Below are positions 44,169 to 54,959 of a DNA stretch of 64,000 nucleotides, piece by piece. This DNA comes from an uncultured Candidatus Saccharibacteria bacterium (GTDB taxonomy: Bacteria > Patescibacteriota > Minisyncoccia > UBA6257 > 2-01-FULL-56-20), in assembly GCA_964568535.1 (NCBI GenBank), contig CAZMPQ010000001.1, forward strand, positions 6,183-70,182. Reading direction: 5' to 3'. The first letter of the stretch is position 1; the number at the start of each line of letters is the position of its first letter. The position numbers and the translations under genes are program-made. The notes beneath the pieces were generated by a model that was given only the letters and a program-made list of their open reading frames with translations, had not been told where the DNA came from and searched no databases.

Positions 44169-44777
44169 CTACTTGACGAGCTCCACGTCGTCGATGTCAA
44201 CGAGAGATGCGAACGTCTCGGTGATGAACTGCCGATGGACCTCCGGCATCGGGTCGGGAAGCCGGTCCGCTCGGAAGAACCGGCGGTGCGGCGTTTCCTG
44301 CACGGGTGCCCGCGGAACGCACTTCACGAAGAGCGATAGCGGGTTGCCGAAGGGATGCGCCGCTGCGGGGTCCGTCTCGCGCGACGGCCAGAGCATCGGA
44401 TTGGGATACGAGCTCATATAGACCACATCCACGCCGACCTCCCGCAACGCGATCGTGGAACAGGCCTCCTGGAGCGTGCCCATCACCGGCTTGTACCACG
44501 CGCCCGGGATGACCCAGTGGTCACGGAACGCCTCGGTCGCGCCGTCGTAGAACGTGAGGAGTATCTCGCGGATGTGCGGTTCGTTCGGTGTGGGCCGGTC
44601 TAGTACGAGCTCCGGCGCCCACGTGGAACGTCCCGCTTCGGCGATGCGCCAGCAGCGCTCGCTTGGAAGCAGCCCCTTGTCTCGCGCTACCTTACCGAGC
44701 AGATGGTAGAGCGCCGCCTCCTCGCCGGTCGTGAACGAACTCTTCGGATGGATCTTCTGCAGACCTTCGTCGTTCAA
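44169..44777 (-). CDS. hypothetical protein; possibly a degenerate Nudix-fold hydrolase (GDP-mannose mannosyl hydrolase-like, by context)
   Basis: Carries PGAWYKPVMGTLQEACSTIALREVGV, which loosely resembles a Nudix box. It lies between the gmd and fcl genes. Confidence 0.35.
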   Translation of the reverse strand: MNDEGLQKIHPKSSFTTGEEAALYHLLGKVARDKGLLPSERCWRIAEAGRSTWAPELVLDRPTPNEPHIREILLTFYDGATEAFRDHWVIPGAWYKPVMGTLQEACSTIALREVGVDVVYMSSYPNPMLWPSRETDPAAAHPFGNPLSLFVKCVPRAPVQETPHRRFFRADRLPDPMPEVHRQFITETFASLVDIDDVELVK

Positions 44778-44793
44778 GACGTCCTCCTTCCTC

Positions 44794-45159
44794 TCAATTC
44801 AGATGCGCCGACTCGCCAGGATGGCGGACTGCACCGTCTTCCGTTCCTTCCTGCGACACCCACCGAACGGGCCGGCGACGCCGGATCGCATCGTCAGCGA
44901 GATCCATCTTCACGATGAAGCGGACCTTTCCGCTTCCGCGCTCGGTCTCCACATCGGCCTCGAACAGCTGACCGGAGACGCTGCCGATGCAGGTATGTGC
45001 GAACTGCGTTGTGATGCGGCCATCCATCTCGTCCGTCTTCACGCGCCGAGCCGCCTTGTACTGCCGCGCCATCTCACATGCGTTCAGCATGAGGCGCTCG
45101 GCAATGCTCGGGGTGACGCACACCTCCGCCCGCAACACGAAAAACCTCTGCCAGTGCAT
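44794..45159 (-). CDS. hypothetical protein
   Basis: A 121-aa ORF with no recognisable motif. Confidence 0.3.
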   Translation of the reverse strand: MHWQRFFVLRAEVCVTPSIAERLMLNACEMARQYKAARRVKTDEMDGRITTQFAHTCIGSVSGQLFEADVETERGSGKVRFIVKMDLADDAIRRRRPVRWVSQEGTEDGAVRHPGESAHLN

Positions 45160-45211
45160 ACCTCCACCTTCCCTTCCGTAAAAAGCCGGCAGTATATTAC
45201 GATAAAAAAAT

Positions 45212-46228
45212 CTACTTTGTCAATTTTCCTCCAACTGCCTTCAATTCCGCGCGGACCATGAGCTTCACCAGGTCTTTGAACTTCGTCTTTGCTTTCCAGC
45301 CAAGCTTCGTCCGTGCTTTGCGCGTATCAGCGACAAGATGCTCAACTTCGGACGGACGGTAGTAGCGCGGGTCTATCGCCACGTACTTTTTCCAATTCTT
45401 GATACCGGCTTCGGCGAACGCGAGCTCCACGAACTCGCGGACCGTGTGCGATTCACCCGTGCCGATAACATAATCGTCCGGTTTCGGTTGCTGGAGCATC
45501 TTCCACATCGCTTCCACATACTCCGGTGCATATCCCCAATCGCGGCGCGCGTTCAGATTTCCTAGATAGAGCTTTTTGTCCAAGCCCGCTTTGATGCGCG
45601 CAACGCCTCGCGCGATTTTCCGCGTCACAAAGGTCTCGCCGCGCCGTTCGGATTCATGATTAAAGAGAATGCCGTTCACGGCATAGATGCCGTACGCTTC
45701 GCGATAGTTCACGGTGGTCCAATAAGAGAACACTTTGGCAACGCCGTAAGGGCTCCGCGGATGGAATGAGGTCGTCTCCGACTGCGGCGGCTTCGCCGAA
45801 CCAAACATCTCTGATGAAGATGCCTGATAGAACCTCACTTTCCGGCCCGTTTCCTCCTCGTAATCCTTCACCGCTTCCAAAACGCGCAGGGTGCCGATAC
45901 CCGTGATGTTCGCGGTGTATTCCGGAATGTCGAAGGACACGCGGACGTGCGACTGCGCGCCGAGATTGTAGATTTCCGTCGGACGAACTTGATGGATGAG
46001 CTTCCGGACCGTGTTCGCGTCTGAAAGGTCGCCGAAGTGCAGGTGAAATCGTGACCCAGCTGCGTGGACGTCGCGGTAGAGATGCTCAATGCGCCCCGTG
46101 TTAAAGGTGGAAGCGCGACGGATGACCCCGTGCACGTCGTATTTTTTCTTCAACAAGAACTCGGCGAGGTAGGAACCATCCTGGCCCGTGATACCGAAGA
46201 TGAGAGCGGTGCGCGAGCGGGGTGTCAT
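45212..46228 (-). CDS. gmd: GDP-mannose 4,6-dehydratase
   Basis: Carries [50 protein letters not shown] and [21 protein letters not shown]. Confidence 0.85.
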   Translation of the reverse strand: MTPRSRTALIFGITGQDGSYLAEFLLKKKYDVHGVIRRASTFNTGRIEHLYRDVHAAGSRFHLHFGDLSDANTVRKLIHQVRPTEIYNLGAQSHVRVSFDIPEYTANITGIGTLRVLEAVKDYEEETGRKVRFYQASSSEMFGSAKPPQSETTSFHPRSPYGVAKVFSYWTTVNYREAYGIYAVNGILFNHESERRGETFVTRKIARGVARIKAGLDKKLYLGNLNARRDWGYAPEYVEAMWKMLQQPKPDDYVIGTGESHTVREFVELAFAEAGIKNWKKYVAIDPRYYRPSEVEHLVADTRKARTKLGWKAKTKFKDLVKLMVRAELKAVGGKLTK

Positions 46229-46230
46229 GC

Positions 46231-46902
46231 TTATTGCTGTGCTTGGCCGGGTAGTTGAACGGGGCCGTTTATGCGTTCGAATTCGTCCAGTCGGCGCAGA
46301 AATTCGTCGGTTGCCGGAGCCACGCGATCATCATCCGGCCAGTTCTCTACTATCTTCTCCTGCATCTCCAGAACCCCTGCCCGGTCGCCGAGCATCCGAT
46401 ACACATCAAAGAGACCGTACAAGAATTGCGGCCGCTTCGGCGCAAGCGCGATGCCGCGAAGATAGTTTTGCTTTGCCGCTTCGAGATATCGGACATCGCC
46501 TGTCCGAACGAACGCGGTCTGATACATCGTCGCGAGCACGAAGATGTTCTGTGTGAAGCTCATGCCGGTCCCCCGGTCCATAATGCTCCGGTAGTTCTCT
46601 TCGGCAAATTGCACGATGGCGGGGAGCACTTCTTTGTTCTTTTCGTTGCTCAAATATGGCGTAATACTACTCACGAGATGCCGCACCAGCTCCTCTTGCC
46701 CAATCGGAGAAGGGATAGCAAGAACGCCCGTGAATACCTCTCGAAAGCTTCCGATGGTCGTCGTTGGAGCGTTCACTGTTCGCATCCCCTTAATGAACTC
46801 CTGCGACTTGCGCATCGGCAGATAACTTCCATAGTACGCCACACCGATGACGGCCACGGAGGCGGCGAGCGCAACGAGGCGTTTTACAGCAGAGCTCATC
46901 AT
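46231..46902 (-). CDS. hypothetical membrane-anchored protein
   Basis: An N-terminal TM segment ([17 protein letters not shown]) followed by a soluble helical domain. Confidence 0.4.
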   Translation of the reverse strand: MMSSAVKRLVALAASVAVIGVAYYGSYLPMRKSQEFIKGMRTVNAPTTTIGSFREVFTGVLAIPSPIGQEELVRHLVSSITPYLSNEKNKEVLPAIVQFAEENYRSIMDRGTGMSFTQNIFVLATMYQTAFVRTGDVRYLEAAKQNYLRGIALAPKRPQFLYGLFDVYRMLGDRAGVLEMQEKIVENWPDDDRVAPATDEFLRRLDEFERINGPVQLPGQAQQ

Positions 46903-48284
46903 GATATGCGGTGGCGGTCAAAAAGGAATCCGGCGAATGCAAGGAAAAGAAACACGTTTAGGTAGATGGGTAACACATCAAAAAGGATCATCCCCTGTAC
47001 CAGATATGCAGTGGGCAGCGCCGCAAGGAGCGCGGCTTCGGCGGGCGAAAGGTGCCGCTCACCGTTCGGCAGTATGACCGCAGCACCGTCACGTATGCGG
47101 CGATAGAGCGCGTTCGCAAAGACAGCGAACATGGCGATGAACGTTCCGAACCCTACAATGCCGGTCGTCGCGAGGTAGTCAAAAACGATGCTGTGGGCGC
47201 GGTCGAACCAAGTTTCGCCGCCCGACAGCGGATCAAAGTGCCGCGAATCAAAATGTTTGTCGAACGCCATACTAAAATTCTCCGGGCCCCAACCAAATGC
47301 CGGACGCTCCAAGAAGCCGCGCCACGCTGAGCCCCAGGTCCACAAGCGCGTTTGCGCCGACTGTGCCGAGAAGGTTGTTGTGAGAAGCCGCCCAGCGGGA
47401 AGCGCCGAGATATCGTCCCGACCGGCGAAAAGTTGATGCACAATAAGGATGAGTAGGACCAGTCCCGCAATGCCGCCGAATATCCTGTTCCGCCACCGAC
47501 GGTCCAGAAGCGCATATACGATAAGGAACACAAATATGGCGGCGAGCAGTCCCAAAAACGCTCCGCGTGTCTGGCTCATAATAAAGAACACGAAAAAGAA
47601 CGCGGCGAGCGTGCCGTAGATCGCATGTCGATTGCGCTGCTTCGGCTCGGTGAGCCACAGCCATCCGACATAGAAAAGTGTGAAGAGGAGATAGGGAGCT
47701 ACGAATGCGGGGTTTCCCAGCGAGCCCTGGAACCGGCTGGATGAGAATATCGTTTTTAACACGTTCCCTGCGTTCGGATCGCTCGGAGCGTACGGTCCCA
47801 CAAATCCGGGCACAAGCGCGGCGGCGAGCAGACCATACGCAATCATGAGCACAGCAGCCACAATGGACGCGCGGAGCGCCAAACGCCAGTCCGACCATCG
47901 GTCAAAGAGCACAGACAACAGTACAAAGAACAGATAGTAATGCAGCATTTGGAACCCGCCTTCGCCGCGTTCGTAGTTTGACCAGAACGCGCCATATGGG
48001 TCGTATGCGAACACGGTCGCGAGCAGGTACGCGAGCACGAACGCCGACACCGCAATGAAGAGCGGACGGCGCGACACAGCCCGCAGCCGCTCGCCGAGCT
48101 CTCCATCCTTTGCCTCGAACGCCCACCAGAGAAGCAGGAACACCAAGCCCAGCTCGGTCATCACGCGGAAGAAGTAGTACTTCCCGCCGATGAATGGGAA
48201 GAATGTCGTGCTCATCACAACCACTACGCTGAAGAGTGCGGCGGCGGTGAAGAACTTCGCGAGGTGACGGAGCGTGATGACCAT
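46899..48284 (-). CDS. O-antigen ligase/polymerase-like membrane protein (Wzy_C family)
   Basis: About 10 TM helices with a large loop near the C-terminus; carries LWTWGSAWRGFLERPAFGWGPENF. Confidence 0.6.
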   Translation of the reverse strand: MVITLRHLAKFFTAAALFSVVVVMSTTFFPFIGGKYYFFRVMTELGLVFLLLWWAFEAKDGELGERLRAVSRRPLFIAVSAFVLAYLLATVFAYDPYGAFWSNYERGEGGFQMLHYYLFFVLLSVLFDRWSDWRLALRASIVAAVLMIAYGLLAAALVPGFVGPYAPSDPNAGNVLKTIFSSSRFQGSLGNPAFVAPYLLFTLFYVGWLWLTEPKQRNRHAIYGTLAAFFFVFFIMSQTRGAFLGLLAAIFVFLIVYALLDRRWRNRIFGGIAGLVLLILIVHQLFAGRDDISALPAGRLLTTTFSAQSAQTRLWTWGSAWRGFLERPAFGWGPENFSMAFDKHFDSRHFDPLSGGETWFDRAHSIVFDYLATTGIVGFGTFIAMFAVFANALYRRIRDGAAVILPNGERHLSPAEAALLAALPTAYLVQGMILFDVLPIYLNVFLFLAFAGFLFDRHRIS

Positions 48285-48304
48285 AGGGGTGCTTCTATTG
48301 TACC

Positions 48305-49831
48305 TTATCGGGCCACTTCCACCGCGCGCATTTCACGGATGACCACCACCCGTATCTCGCCCGGATATTTGAGCTCCGATTGCACGCGGTTCGCCACTTC
48401 GCGGGCAAGCTCCAGCGCACGGAAGTCGTCCACCTTTTCCGGCGTGACAAAGATGCGCAGTTCACGCCCAGCCGAGATGGCGTACGCCTGTTTCACACCC
48501 GGAAAATCCATCGCGATCTTCTCCAGGTCCGCAAGCCGCTTGATGTAGTGCTCCAGCGTGTCGCGCCGCGCACCTGGCCGGGCGGCGGAGAGCACGTCCG
48601 CCGCGGTTACGATGTGCGCTTCGGCGTTCCCGTACGGATAGTCCTCGTGGTGCGATTGCATCGCCGTGATAACGGCCTCGTCCACGTTGTATTTTTTGAG
48701 AATCTTCATCCCGAGATCCACATGCGTTCCCTCCACATCGTGGTCGATGGCTTTGCCGATGTCGTGGAGGAGCGCTCCCTTTTTGGCCACCTCAACGTTC
48801 AATCCGAGCTCGCCCGCCATCGCGGCAGCAATGTAGGCCATCTCCATGGAGTGCGTGAGGACGTTCTGGCCATAGCTCGTACGGAAGTGGAGCCGCCCCA
48901 AAAGCTGCAAGAGCTCCTTTGGCAGGTCGTACACGCCAACCTCCATCGCGGCGGCTTCTCCGATCTCCAGGATGCGTTTCTGCAACTCCTGTTTCGCCTC
49001 CTCAACCTTCTCTTCTATCTTCGCCGGCTGGATCCGCCCGTCCTTGATGAGCTTCTGGAGCGCGATCCGCGCAGTCTCGCGACGATACGGGTCAAAGGAC
49101 GAAATGATGATGGTGTCCGGCGCTTCGTCAACGATGAGCTCCACGCCAGTTGCGCGTTCCAATGCGCGAATATTCCTTCCCTCGCGGCCGATGATCTTGC
49201 CTTTCAGGTCGTCGTCGCCACCCAGCGGGAACGCGCTCGTCGTGAGCTCCGAAACGTGCGAGCGAGCGTACCGCTGTAACGCGACGGTGATGATGCCGAG
49301 CGCGCGCTTTTCCACCTCGTCAACTTTTTCTTTCTCAAATTTCTGCAGGACCTGCGCAAGCTCCTGTTCATGCATCCGCTGCATGGTGTGCACGAGCTCC
49401 TCTTTCGCCGCCTGCACGGAGAGTCCTGCGACTTGCTCCAGCTTCCGGCTCATTTCCTCTTCGCCGGATGCAAGGCGCGTTTCGCGAGCTTTCAACTCCT
49501 CTGCTTTCTGCTTGAGCTTCGCATCATCCGCGTCCATCGCTGCGCGACGCTTATCAAGCGTCTCTTCGCGTTGGAGCAGCCGCTCCTCTAAAGCGGTTAT
49601 CTTCGATTTCCGTTCGCGCTCATCGTTCTGCGCGTCGAGCAAAAGCGCCGCCGCTTTTTCCTTCGCGTCGGCAGTTATCTTCTTCGCCTCCGCTTCTGCG
49701 GCGTCCTGGCGAACTTTTATCTGCTGCTCAGCGGACTGCGAATCGCGGAGTGCCTGCGCCCGCCGGATGAGATATCCAGCGATGCAACCAACCACAAGCG
49801 CGCCAGCTCCTACAAGGAGTGTTGTCGTCAT
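48305..49831 (-). CDS. rny: ribonuclease Y
   Basis: An N-terminal TM segment, a coiled-coil region, a KH domain (GKIIGREGRNIRALE) and an HD domain (LLHDIGKAIDHDVEGTHVDLG). Confidence 0.85.
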   Translation of the reverse strand: MTTTLLVGAGALVVGCIAGYLIRRAQALRDSQSAEQQIKVRQDAAEAEAKKITADAKEKAAALLLDAQNDERERKSKITALEERLLQREETLDKRRAAMDADDAKLKQKAEELKARETRLASGEEEMSRKLEQVAGLSVQAAKEELVHTMQRMHEQELAQVLQKFEKEKVDEVEKRALGIITVALQRYARSHVSELTTSAFPLGGDDDLKGKIIGREGRNIRALERATGVELIVDEAPDTIIISSFDPYRRETARIALQKLIKDGRIQPAKIEEKVEEAKQELQKRILEIGEAAAMEVGVYDLPKELLQLLGRLHFRTSYGQNVLTHSMEMAYIAAAMAGELGLNVEVAKKGALLHDIGKAIDHDVEGTHVDLGMKILKKYNVDEAVITAMQSHHEDYPYGNAEAHIVTAADVLSAARPGARRDTLEHYIKRLADLEKIAMDFPGVKQAYAISAGRELRIFVTPEKVDDFRALELAREVANRVQSELKYPGEIRVVVIREMRAVEVAR

Positions 49832-50044
49832 GAGTAAGGAAGATCCCCCGATCCGTTCTCAGGTATATGGCTGATGTCATAGTTCCGAACACGTGAACAA
49901 AGGGACCCCAATGGGTGAATGACTCTTTGGTAATATCGTAGGTTCAGTATATCTCCCGCCGCGACGTTCGTCAATCGTCCAAAGCCGAAAATCCCCCCTC
50001 CGAACGTTCACGAACGCCCCCGGATGGCGTACAATGGTCACTGT

Positions 50045-51583
50045 ATGACCAAGCGACCCGTTGTGCTCATCATCTTCGATGGTTTCGGCATCGGCGCGCA
50101 GAACGAATCGAATCCCGTCCATGTCGCGAACCCCCAGAACCTGAAGTGGCTCGGGGAAAATTATCCACTCACGTCGCTCCAGGCCTCCGGCATCTCCGTG
50201 GGACTCCCGTGGGGCGAGGTCGGGAACAGCGAAGTGGGACACCTGACCCTTGGCGCCGGTAAAGTGGTCTACCAATACTATCCCAAGATCACGATGGCCA
50301 TTGAGGATGGGAGCTTCTATCAGAACGAGGTCTTGAAGGCTGCGTGCGACCATGCGAAAAAGAACAACGGCTCCGTGAACTTCGCTGGCCTGCTTTCTAA
50401 GGCGAACGTGCACGCATCGCTCCAACACCTCCAGAAGCTCGTCCAGATGGCGGAGCAAGAGGGCGTCCCGCGCGTGAAGCTCCACATCTTCTGCGACGGC
50501 AAAGACAGTCCGCCGCACACGGTCTTTGAATTTCTAAAGCAGATACCGATGGACAAGGTGGCAAGCATCATGGGGCGGCACTACGGCATGAATCGCAGCG
50601 ACCATTGGGAACTGACGGAACGCGCCTACCAGTGCATGACCGGCCAGCTCGGCGACATCACGACCGATCCTGTGCCGCTCATCCAAGAGATGTATCCGAA
50701 GAACCTGTCCGAAGAGTTCCTGCCGCCGCACCGCATGGGCGACGGCACAGGCGTCACGGACGGCGACGCGCTCGTGTTCTTCAACTTTCGTGAAGACAGC
50801 ATCCTGCAGATCGCTGAATCTTTCGCTATGCCCGGCTTCGATAAGTTCAAGACGCTGCCATTCCAGAACCTTTATGTCGCGACCTTCACACGGTACAGCG
50901 AAAAACTCGCGTGTCCGGTCGCCTTTCCCGCGGACACGGTCGAAAAGCCGCTTGGGCAGGTCCTCGCGGAGAACGGATTCACGCAGCTGCGGCTCGCGGA
51001 ATCCTACAAGCATGCGCATGTCACTTTTTTCTTCAACGGCCATCGCGAGGAGCCCTTCCCCGCCGAGTACCGCGTGCTCATCCCCTCCCTCCCCACGACG
51101 CATCCCGAAGAACATCCGGAGCTCATGGCGGGGCCCATCACCGACCGGCTTTTGGAGGCCATTCAGAACCGCGGTTTTGATTTCATGCTCGTGAACTATT
51201 CAAATTCCGACACCATCGCGCACACCGGCAATTACGACGCGTGTCTCACCGCCGTGAAGGTTCTGGACGAACAGCTCGGCCGCATCCTCAAGGTAGTCCT
51301 CGCCACCGATACCATCCTCATCCTTACGTCCGACCATGGGAACATGGAAGAGGTCATTAGCCCCGTGACCGGTGAATTCGAGACCCAGCATGACGCGAAT
51401 CCCGTGCCATTCTATATGGTCGCGAAAGAGTTCAAGGGGCGGAAGTTCTTCAATTATTCGAACCTTCTGCACGAAACGACCGGTGTCCTTGCGGATGTCG
51501 CACCAACCATTCTCGAGCTCCTTGGCATCCCGAAACCTCCGGAAATGGGCGGCCGGAGCCTACTCAAGGACCTGCTCCCCTAG
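50045..51583 (+). CDS. gpmI: 2,3-bisphosphoglycerate-independent phosphoglycerate mutase
   Basis: Carries KRPVVLIIFDGFG, SGISVGLPWGEVGNSEVGHLTLGAGKVVYQ and TSDHGNMEE. I chose the start at MTKRP (50045); the ORF opens at 50024. Confidence 0.85.
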   Translation: MTKRPVVLIIFDGFGIGAQNESNPVHVANPQNLKWLGENYPLTSLQASGISVGLPWGEVGNSEVGHLTLGAGKVVYQYYPKITMAIEDGSFYQNEVLKAACDHAKKNNGSVNFAGLLSKANVHASLQHLQKLVQMAEQEGVPRVKLHIFCDGKDSPPHTVFEFLKQIPMDKVASIMGRHYGMNRSDHWELTERAYQCMTGQLGDITTDPVPLIQEMYPKNLSEEFLPPHRMGDGTGVTDGDALVFFNFREDSILQIAESFAMPGFDKFKTLPFQNLYVATFTRYSEKLACPVAFPADTVEKPLGQVLAENGFTQLRLAESYKHAHVTFFFNGHREEPFPAEYRVLIPSLPTTHPEEHPELMAGPITDRLLEAIQNRGFDFMLVNYSNSDTIAHTGNYDACLTAVKVLDEQLGRILKVVLATDTILILTSDHGNMEEVISPVTGEFETQHDANPVPFYMVAKEFKGRKFFNYSNLLHETTGVLADVAPTILELLGIPKPPEMGGRSLLKDLLP

Positions 51584-51632
51584 TCAGGGCAATTGCAACA
51601 CCCTCATATATACCGACATACCGAAGGTACCT

Positions 51633-51989
51633 ATGCGACTTCTTGCACGGCTCATCGTCACGGTCATCGGGAACAGCGTCGCGCTCTTTGCCGCGGAGCG
51701 CTTCGTGCCGGGATTTTCAGTCGTCACAGAACCGCTCTGGGATCTGCTCGCGCTCGCGCTTGTGCTTACCGCGCTCAACATCTTTGTGAAACCGGTCTTG
51801 AAGCTCCTCATCGGGCCCATCATCGTGCTCACGCTCGGCCTCGCGCTCATCGCGGTGAATGCCCTCGTGCTTGCGTTGCTTGACTTTCTCTCGGGAGACC
51901 TTACCATTCAGAATATCCAGGCATTGTTCTTCGCATCGCTCATCGTCGGCGCGGTGAACACGCTTTTCCATCTTGCTCGCAAGTCCTGA
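51633..51989 (+). CDS. phage_holin_4 (PF04020) family small membrane protein
   Basis: Starts MRLLARLIVTVIGNSVALFAAERFVPGFSVV and carries LKLLIGPIIVLTLGLALIAVNALVLALL. It is a four-TM protein of 118 aa. Confidence 0.55.
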   Translation: MRLLARLIVTVIGNSVALFAAERFVPGFSVVTEPLWDLLALALVLTALNIFVKPVLKLLIGPIIVLTLGLALIAVNALVLALLDFLSGDLTIQNIQALFFASLIVGAVNTLFHLARKS

Positions 51990-51996
51990 GATCGCC

Positions 51997-52215
51997 ATGC
52001 AAAACTACCTCCCCATCATTCAGATCATCGTATCGGTCCTCATCGTCGGGCTTATTCTCCTTCAGGAACGCTCCGCAGGGCTTTCAGGCCTCATGGGCGG
52101 CGAGGGTGGCGGATTCTATCAGACCCGGCGCGGCCTTGAGCGGGTCATCTTCATCGCCACCATTTGCCTCATCGTGGTCTTTGTCGCGCTCGCGGTCCTG
52201 CAACTCGTGATCTGA
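51997..52215 (+). CDS. secG: preprotein translocase subunit SecG
   Basis: Carries MQNYLPIIQIIVSVLIVGLILLQ and a glycine-rich loop (GLMGGEGGGFYQ), followed by a second TM helix. Confidence 0.7.
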   Translation: MQNYLPIIQIIVSVLIVGLILLQERSAGLSGLMGGEGGGFYQTRRGLERVIFIATICLIVVFVALAVLQLVI

Positions 52216-52232
52216 ACTTTCCGGTCAACGTG

Positions 52233-53858
52233 ATGATCGTCAAACGCATCATCGCCGTCCTCACGCGCGCAGAGCGCAATATTTTCATCGCCGCCCTTGT
52301 GGCTGCTGGCGCTTCGGCGGCAGCGCTCGGCATCTTCACCTTTCAGGCGCTCACGCTCCCCGTTCCCGCTCGCGGCGGCACGTTCACGGAAGGCGTCGTC
52401 GGCCAGCCGACGTATGTGAATCCCATTCTTGCCGAGAATCCTGCCGACAAAGCGCTCGCGCGGCTACTTTTTGCGAACCTTCCCGTCCTCGTCGAAAAAA
52501 TGGCCCCGGACGAGACCGGACGCGTGTGGAACGTGCGGCTCAAGGAGAACGTGCGCTGGTCGGATGGCAGAAAGATAACCTCCGACGACCTGCTTTTTAC
52601 GATCGGCGCCATCCAGGACCCGGATACCGCTTCGCCCCTTTTCGTGAGTTGGCAAGGCATCGCCGGCCAGCGGCTTTCCGAACTGGAGATACAACTCACG
52701 CTTGGCGGTCCGTATCCGTTCTTCCGCCGGACATTGGAGATGCTTTCGCCCGTGCCGAAACACATCTTCGCGGACACGCCCGGCAAGAACTGGCGCCTGT
52801 CCGATTACAACCTCGCGCCAATCGGCAGCGGCCCGTATGCGTTCATGTCCTATGAACGGCGTGCGGACGGATTCATCGAGACCTACTCCGTCACGCGCAA
52901 TGCGACCTATGCAGGCAATGTTCCGTTCATAGATACCATCCTCTTCCGTTTCTTCACGCAAGAGGACGACCTCCTCCGCGCGTTCAACGGCGGGCGAATA
53001 GACGGGTTCGGCAAGTTGGATCCGGCTCTCCTATCAAAACTTTCGCGCAGCTACACAGTGACGCCATTCTCGCTCGCCGGCTATTATGCGGTGTTCATCA
53101 ACCAAGGAGAGCATCCTGCGCTGAAGGAAGTTGCGGTGCGGCGCGCGCTTGCATCCGCCATCCGCCGCGACGAGCTTGTAACGGGCGCGCTTGGCGGATA
53201 TGGCCGCGCGGTACTCGGACCGACCGAAGTTGCACCGGCAGGAGACCCTCCGGCGCCGGCCGATGCCCCAGATATCACGCTCGCCGCGGCCGGCTGGAAT
53301 CCGGGAGCGGACGGTGTCCGCGAAAAAAGTATCAGTGGGCAGACCGTGCGGCTTGCCTTTGAGCTCGTCGTACCGGATGTGCCATTCCTCGTACAAGCGG
53401 CGAACGAGCTTGCCGAGATGTGGCGACCGCTTGGCGTCGCATTGACCGTTCGGGCGCTGAATTCCCAAGACATCGCCGCCGCGCTCAGGAATCGACAGTA
53501 TCAGACCATCCTCTTCGGCAATTTCTTGGACCCCGCCGACGACCTCCATCCGTTCTGGCATTCCGATGAACGATTTTCGCCGGGACTGAACCTTGCGCTC
53601 TGGAACAGTTCGCGCGGCGATACGCTTTTAGAACAGGTACGGCGGGAGCTGAACGATGGGAAGCGTACGGAACTGCTCGCCGAACTTGAAGCGCTCATCC
53701 GGCGCGATATGCCGGCGCTCTTCCTCTTCGCTCCTGATTATCTCTATGTGACGAGCCGCAACGTGCGCGGCGTGAATGGCGAACGGGTCGCCGACCCTGC
53801 CGGGCGGTTCGCCCGTGTTGCCGACTGGTACCTCCACATGACCCGCGCGTTCCGCTAG
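52233..53858 (+). CDS. ABC transporter substrate-binding protein, family 5 (oligopeptide/nickel type)
   Basis: A signal anchor followed by an SBP_bac_5-like region (RLKENVRWSDGRKITSDDLLFTI). Confidence 0.65.
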   Translation: MIVKRIIAVLTRAERNIFIAALVAAGASAAALGIFTFQALTLPVPARGGTFTEGVVGQPTYVNPILAENPADKALARLLFANLPVLVEKMAPDETGRVWNVRLKENVRWSDGRKITSDDLLFTIGAIQDPDTASPLFVSWQGIAGQRLSELEIQLTLGGPYPFFRRTLEMLSPVPKHIFADTPGKNWRLSDYNLAPIGSGPYAFMSYERRADGFIETYSVTRNATYAGNVPFIDTILFRFFTQEDDLLRAFNGGRIDGFGKLDPALLSKLSRSYTVTPFSLAGYYAVFINQGEHPALKEVAVRRALASAIRRDELVTGALGGYGRAVLGPTEVAPAGDPPAPADAPDITLAAAGWNPGADGVREKSISGQTVRLAFELVVPDVPFLVQAANELAEMWRPLGVALTVRALNSQDIAAALRNRQYQTILFGNFLDPADDLHPFWHSDERFSPGLNLALWNSSRGDTLLEQVRRELNDGKRTELLAELEALIRRDMPALFLFAPDYLYVTSRNVRGVNGERVADPAGRFARVADWYLHMTRAFR

Positions 53859-53901
53859 GACGCCACCCCGGATTACACACGCCGATTTTCAAGGTACACT
53901 T

Positions 53902-54909
53902 ATGAGCGTGGAGCCATATCTCAAACATATTGAACGATTCAATGAACAGCTCACGCGCCGCGGCCTTGTGAGCGTCGGCTTGGACGGCCTGAGGCGCCGC
54001 GCGTCGGACACGGTCATTTTAGCAGGCATGGGCGGCTCGGCATTGCCGGGCGAGATCGTGAACGCCGTTGCGGAAGAACTCGGCCTGCGGCACACGGTCA
54101 TCATCTGGAAAGAATATGGACTTCCCCGCGTGTCGCACCACCACCGTTCGCCCCTCTACATCTTCACTTCATTCTCAGGCAACACCGAAGAAACGCTTTC
54201 GGGGCTCCGCGAGTTCTTAAAGACGTCACGCGCACGGTCTGGAGCACGCGCGGCGGTCATCACGACCGGCGGCGAACTCTTGCGCATCGCGAAGGCGAAC
54301 CGCATCCCTTACATCACATTCCCCGCCGGGGACTTGACACCGCGCCAGGCATCGGGTAAGATGTTCTATGCCATCAGTGAACTCCTCTTCGCCGCCCGGC
54401 TCATCGCCCGGAGGCCTCCGGAATTCACTCACCTTCGACCTCTGCTATGGAAACGGCGTGGCTACGAACTCGCCCGCCGCTTGAATCGAAAGCTCATTGT
54501 TATCTACACCGGAACCGCCGACCACTATTTGGGTTATTTCTGGAAGATCAAGTTCAATGAGTCCGCGAAAGTGCCGGCGTTCAACAACGTTATCCCCGAA
54601 ATGAACCACAATGAGCTCGTCGGGTTCACCAGGCCGAACTCGCCTGCTGCGGCGCTTCTCCTTGAACATCCGAACGCCCATGTACGAGTAAAGAAGCGGT
54701 TCCGCGTTTCCGCTCGACTGCTCTCCCGTCAAGGGGTCACGGCGCTCCTCATGCCCTTCGTCGGGAAAAGCAAGCTTGAAGAGACCTGGAACACTATTAT
54801 GTTCGCTGACTGGACCACCTACGCGCTCGCGAAATTGCGGCGAGTCGACCCTCGGGAGACCGAGATCATCGATGGACCGCAGGGGCTCAAAGCTGCGATG
54901 CGGAAGTAG
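53902..54909 (+). CDS. bifunctional phosphoglucose/phosphomannose isomerase (SIS domain, archaeal-type PGI/PMI)
   Basis: Carries VILAGMGGSALPGEIV and IFTSFSGNTEETL, and is about 330 aa long. Confidence 0.65.
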   Translation: MSVEPYLKHIERFNEQLTRRGLVSVGLDGLRRRASDTVILAGMGGSALPGEIVNAVAEELGLRHTVIIWKEYGLPRVSHHHRSPLYIFTSFSGNTEETLSGLREFLKTSRARSGARAAVITTGGELLRIAKANRIPYITFPAGDLTPRQASGKMFYAISELLFAARLIARRPPEFTHLRPLLWKRRGYELARRLNRKLIVIYTGTADHYLGYFWKIKFNESAKVPAFNNVIPEMNHNELVGFTRPNSPAAALLLEHPNAHVRVKKRFRVSARLLSRQGVTALLMPFVGKSKLEETWNTIMFADWTTYALAKLRRVDPRETEIIDGPQGLKAAMRK

Positions 54910-54959
54910 GTCTGGTTCGCACGGAGTGAATATATCGGGTATCGTTCATACGGCAATTC

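Noticed and set aside
48305-51583. A CRISPR array or a mobile-element gene in the housekeeping half of the window
   Set aside because: I found no regularly spaced short direct repeats and no transposase, integrase or recombinase ORFs anywhere in the window. The only mobility footprint is the 29-bp tRNA-linked repeat.
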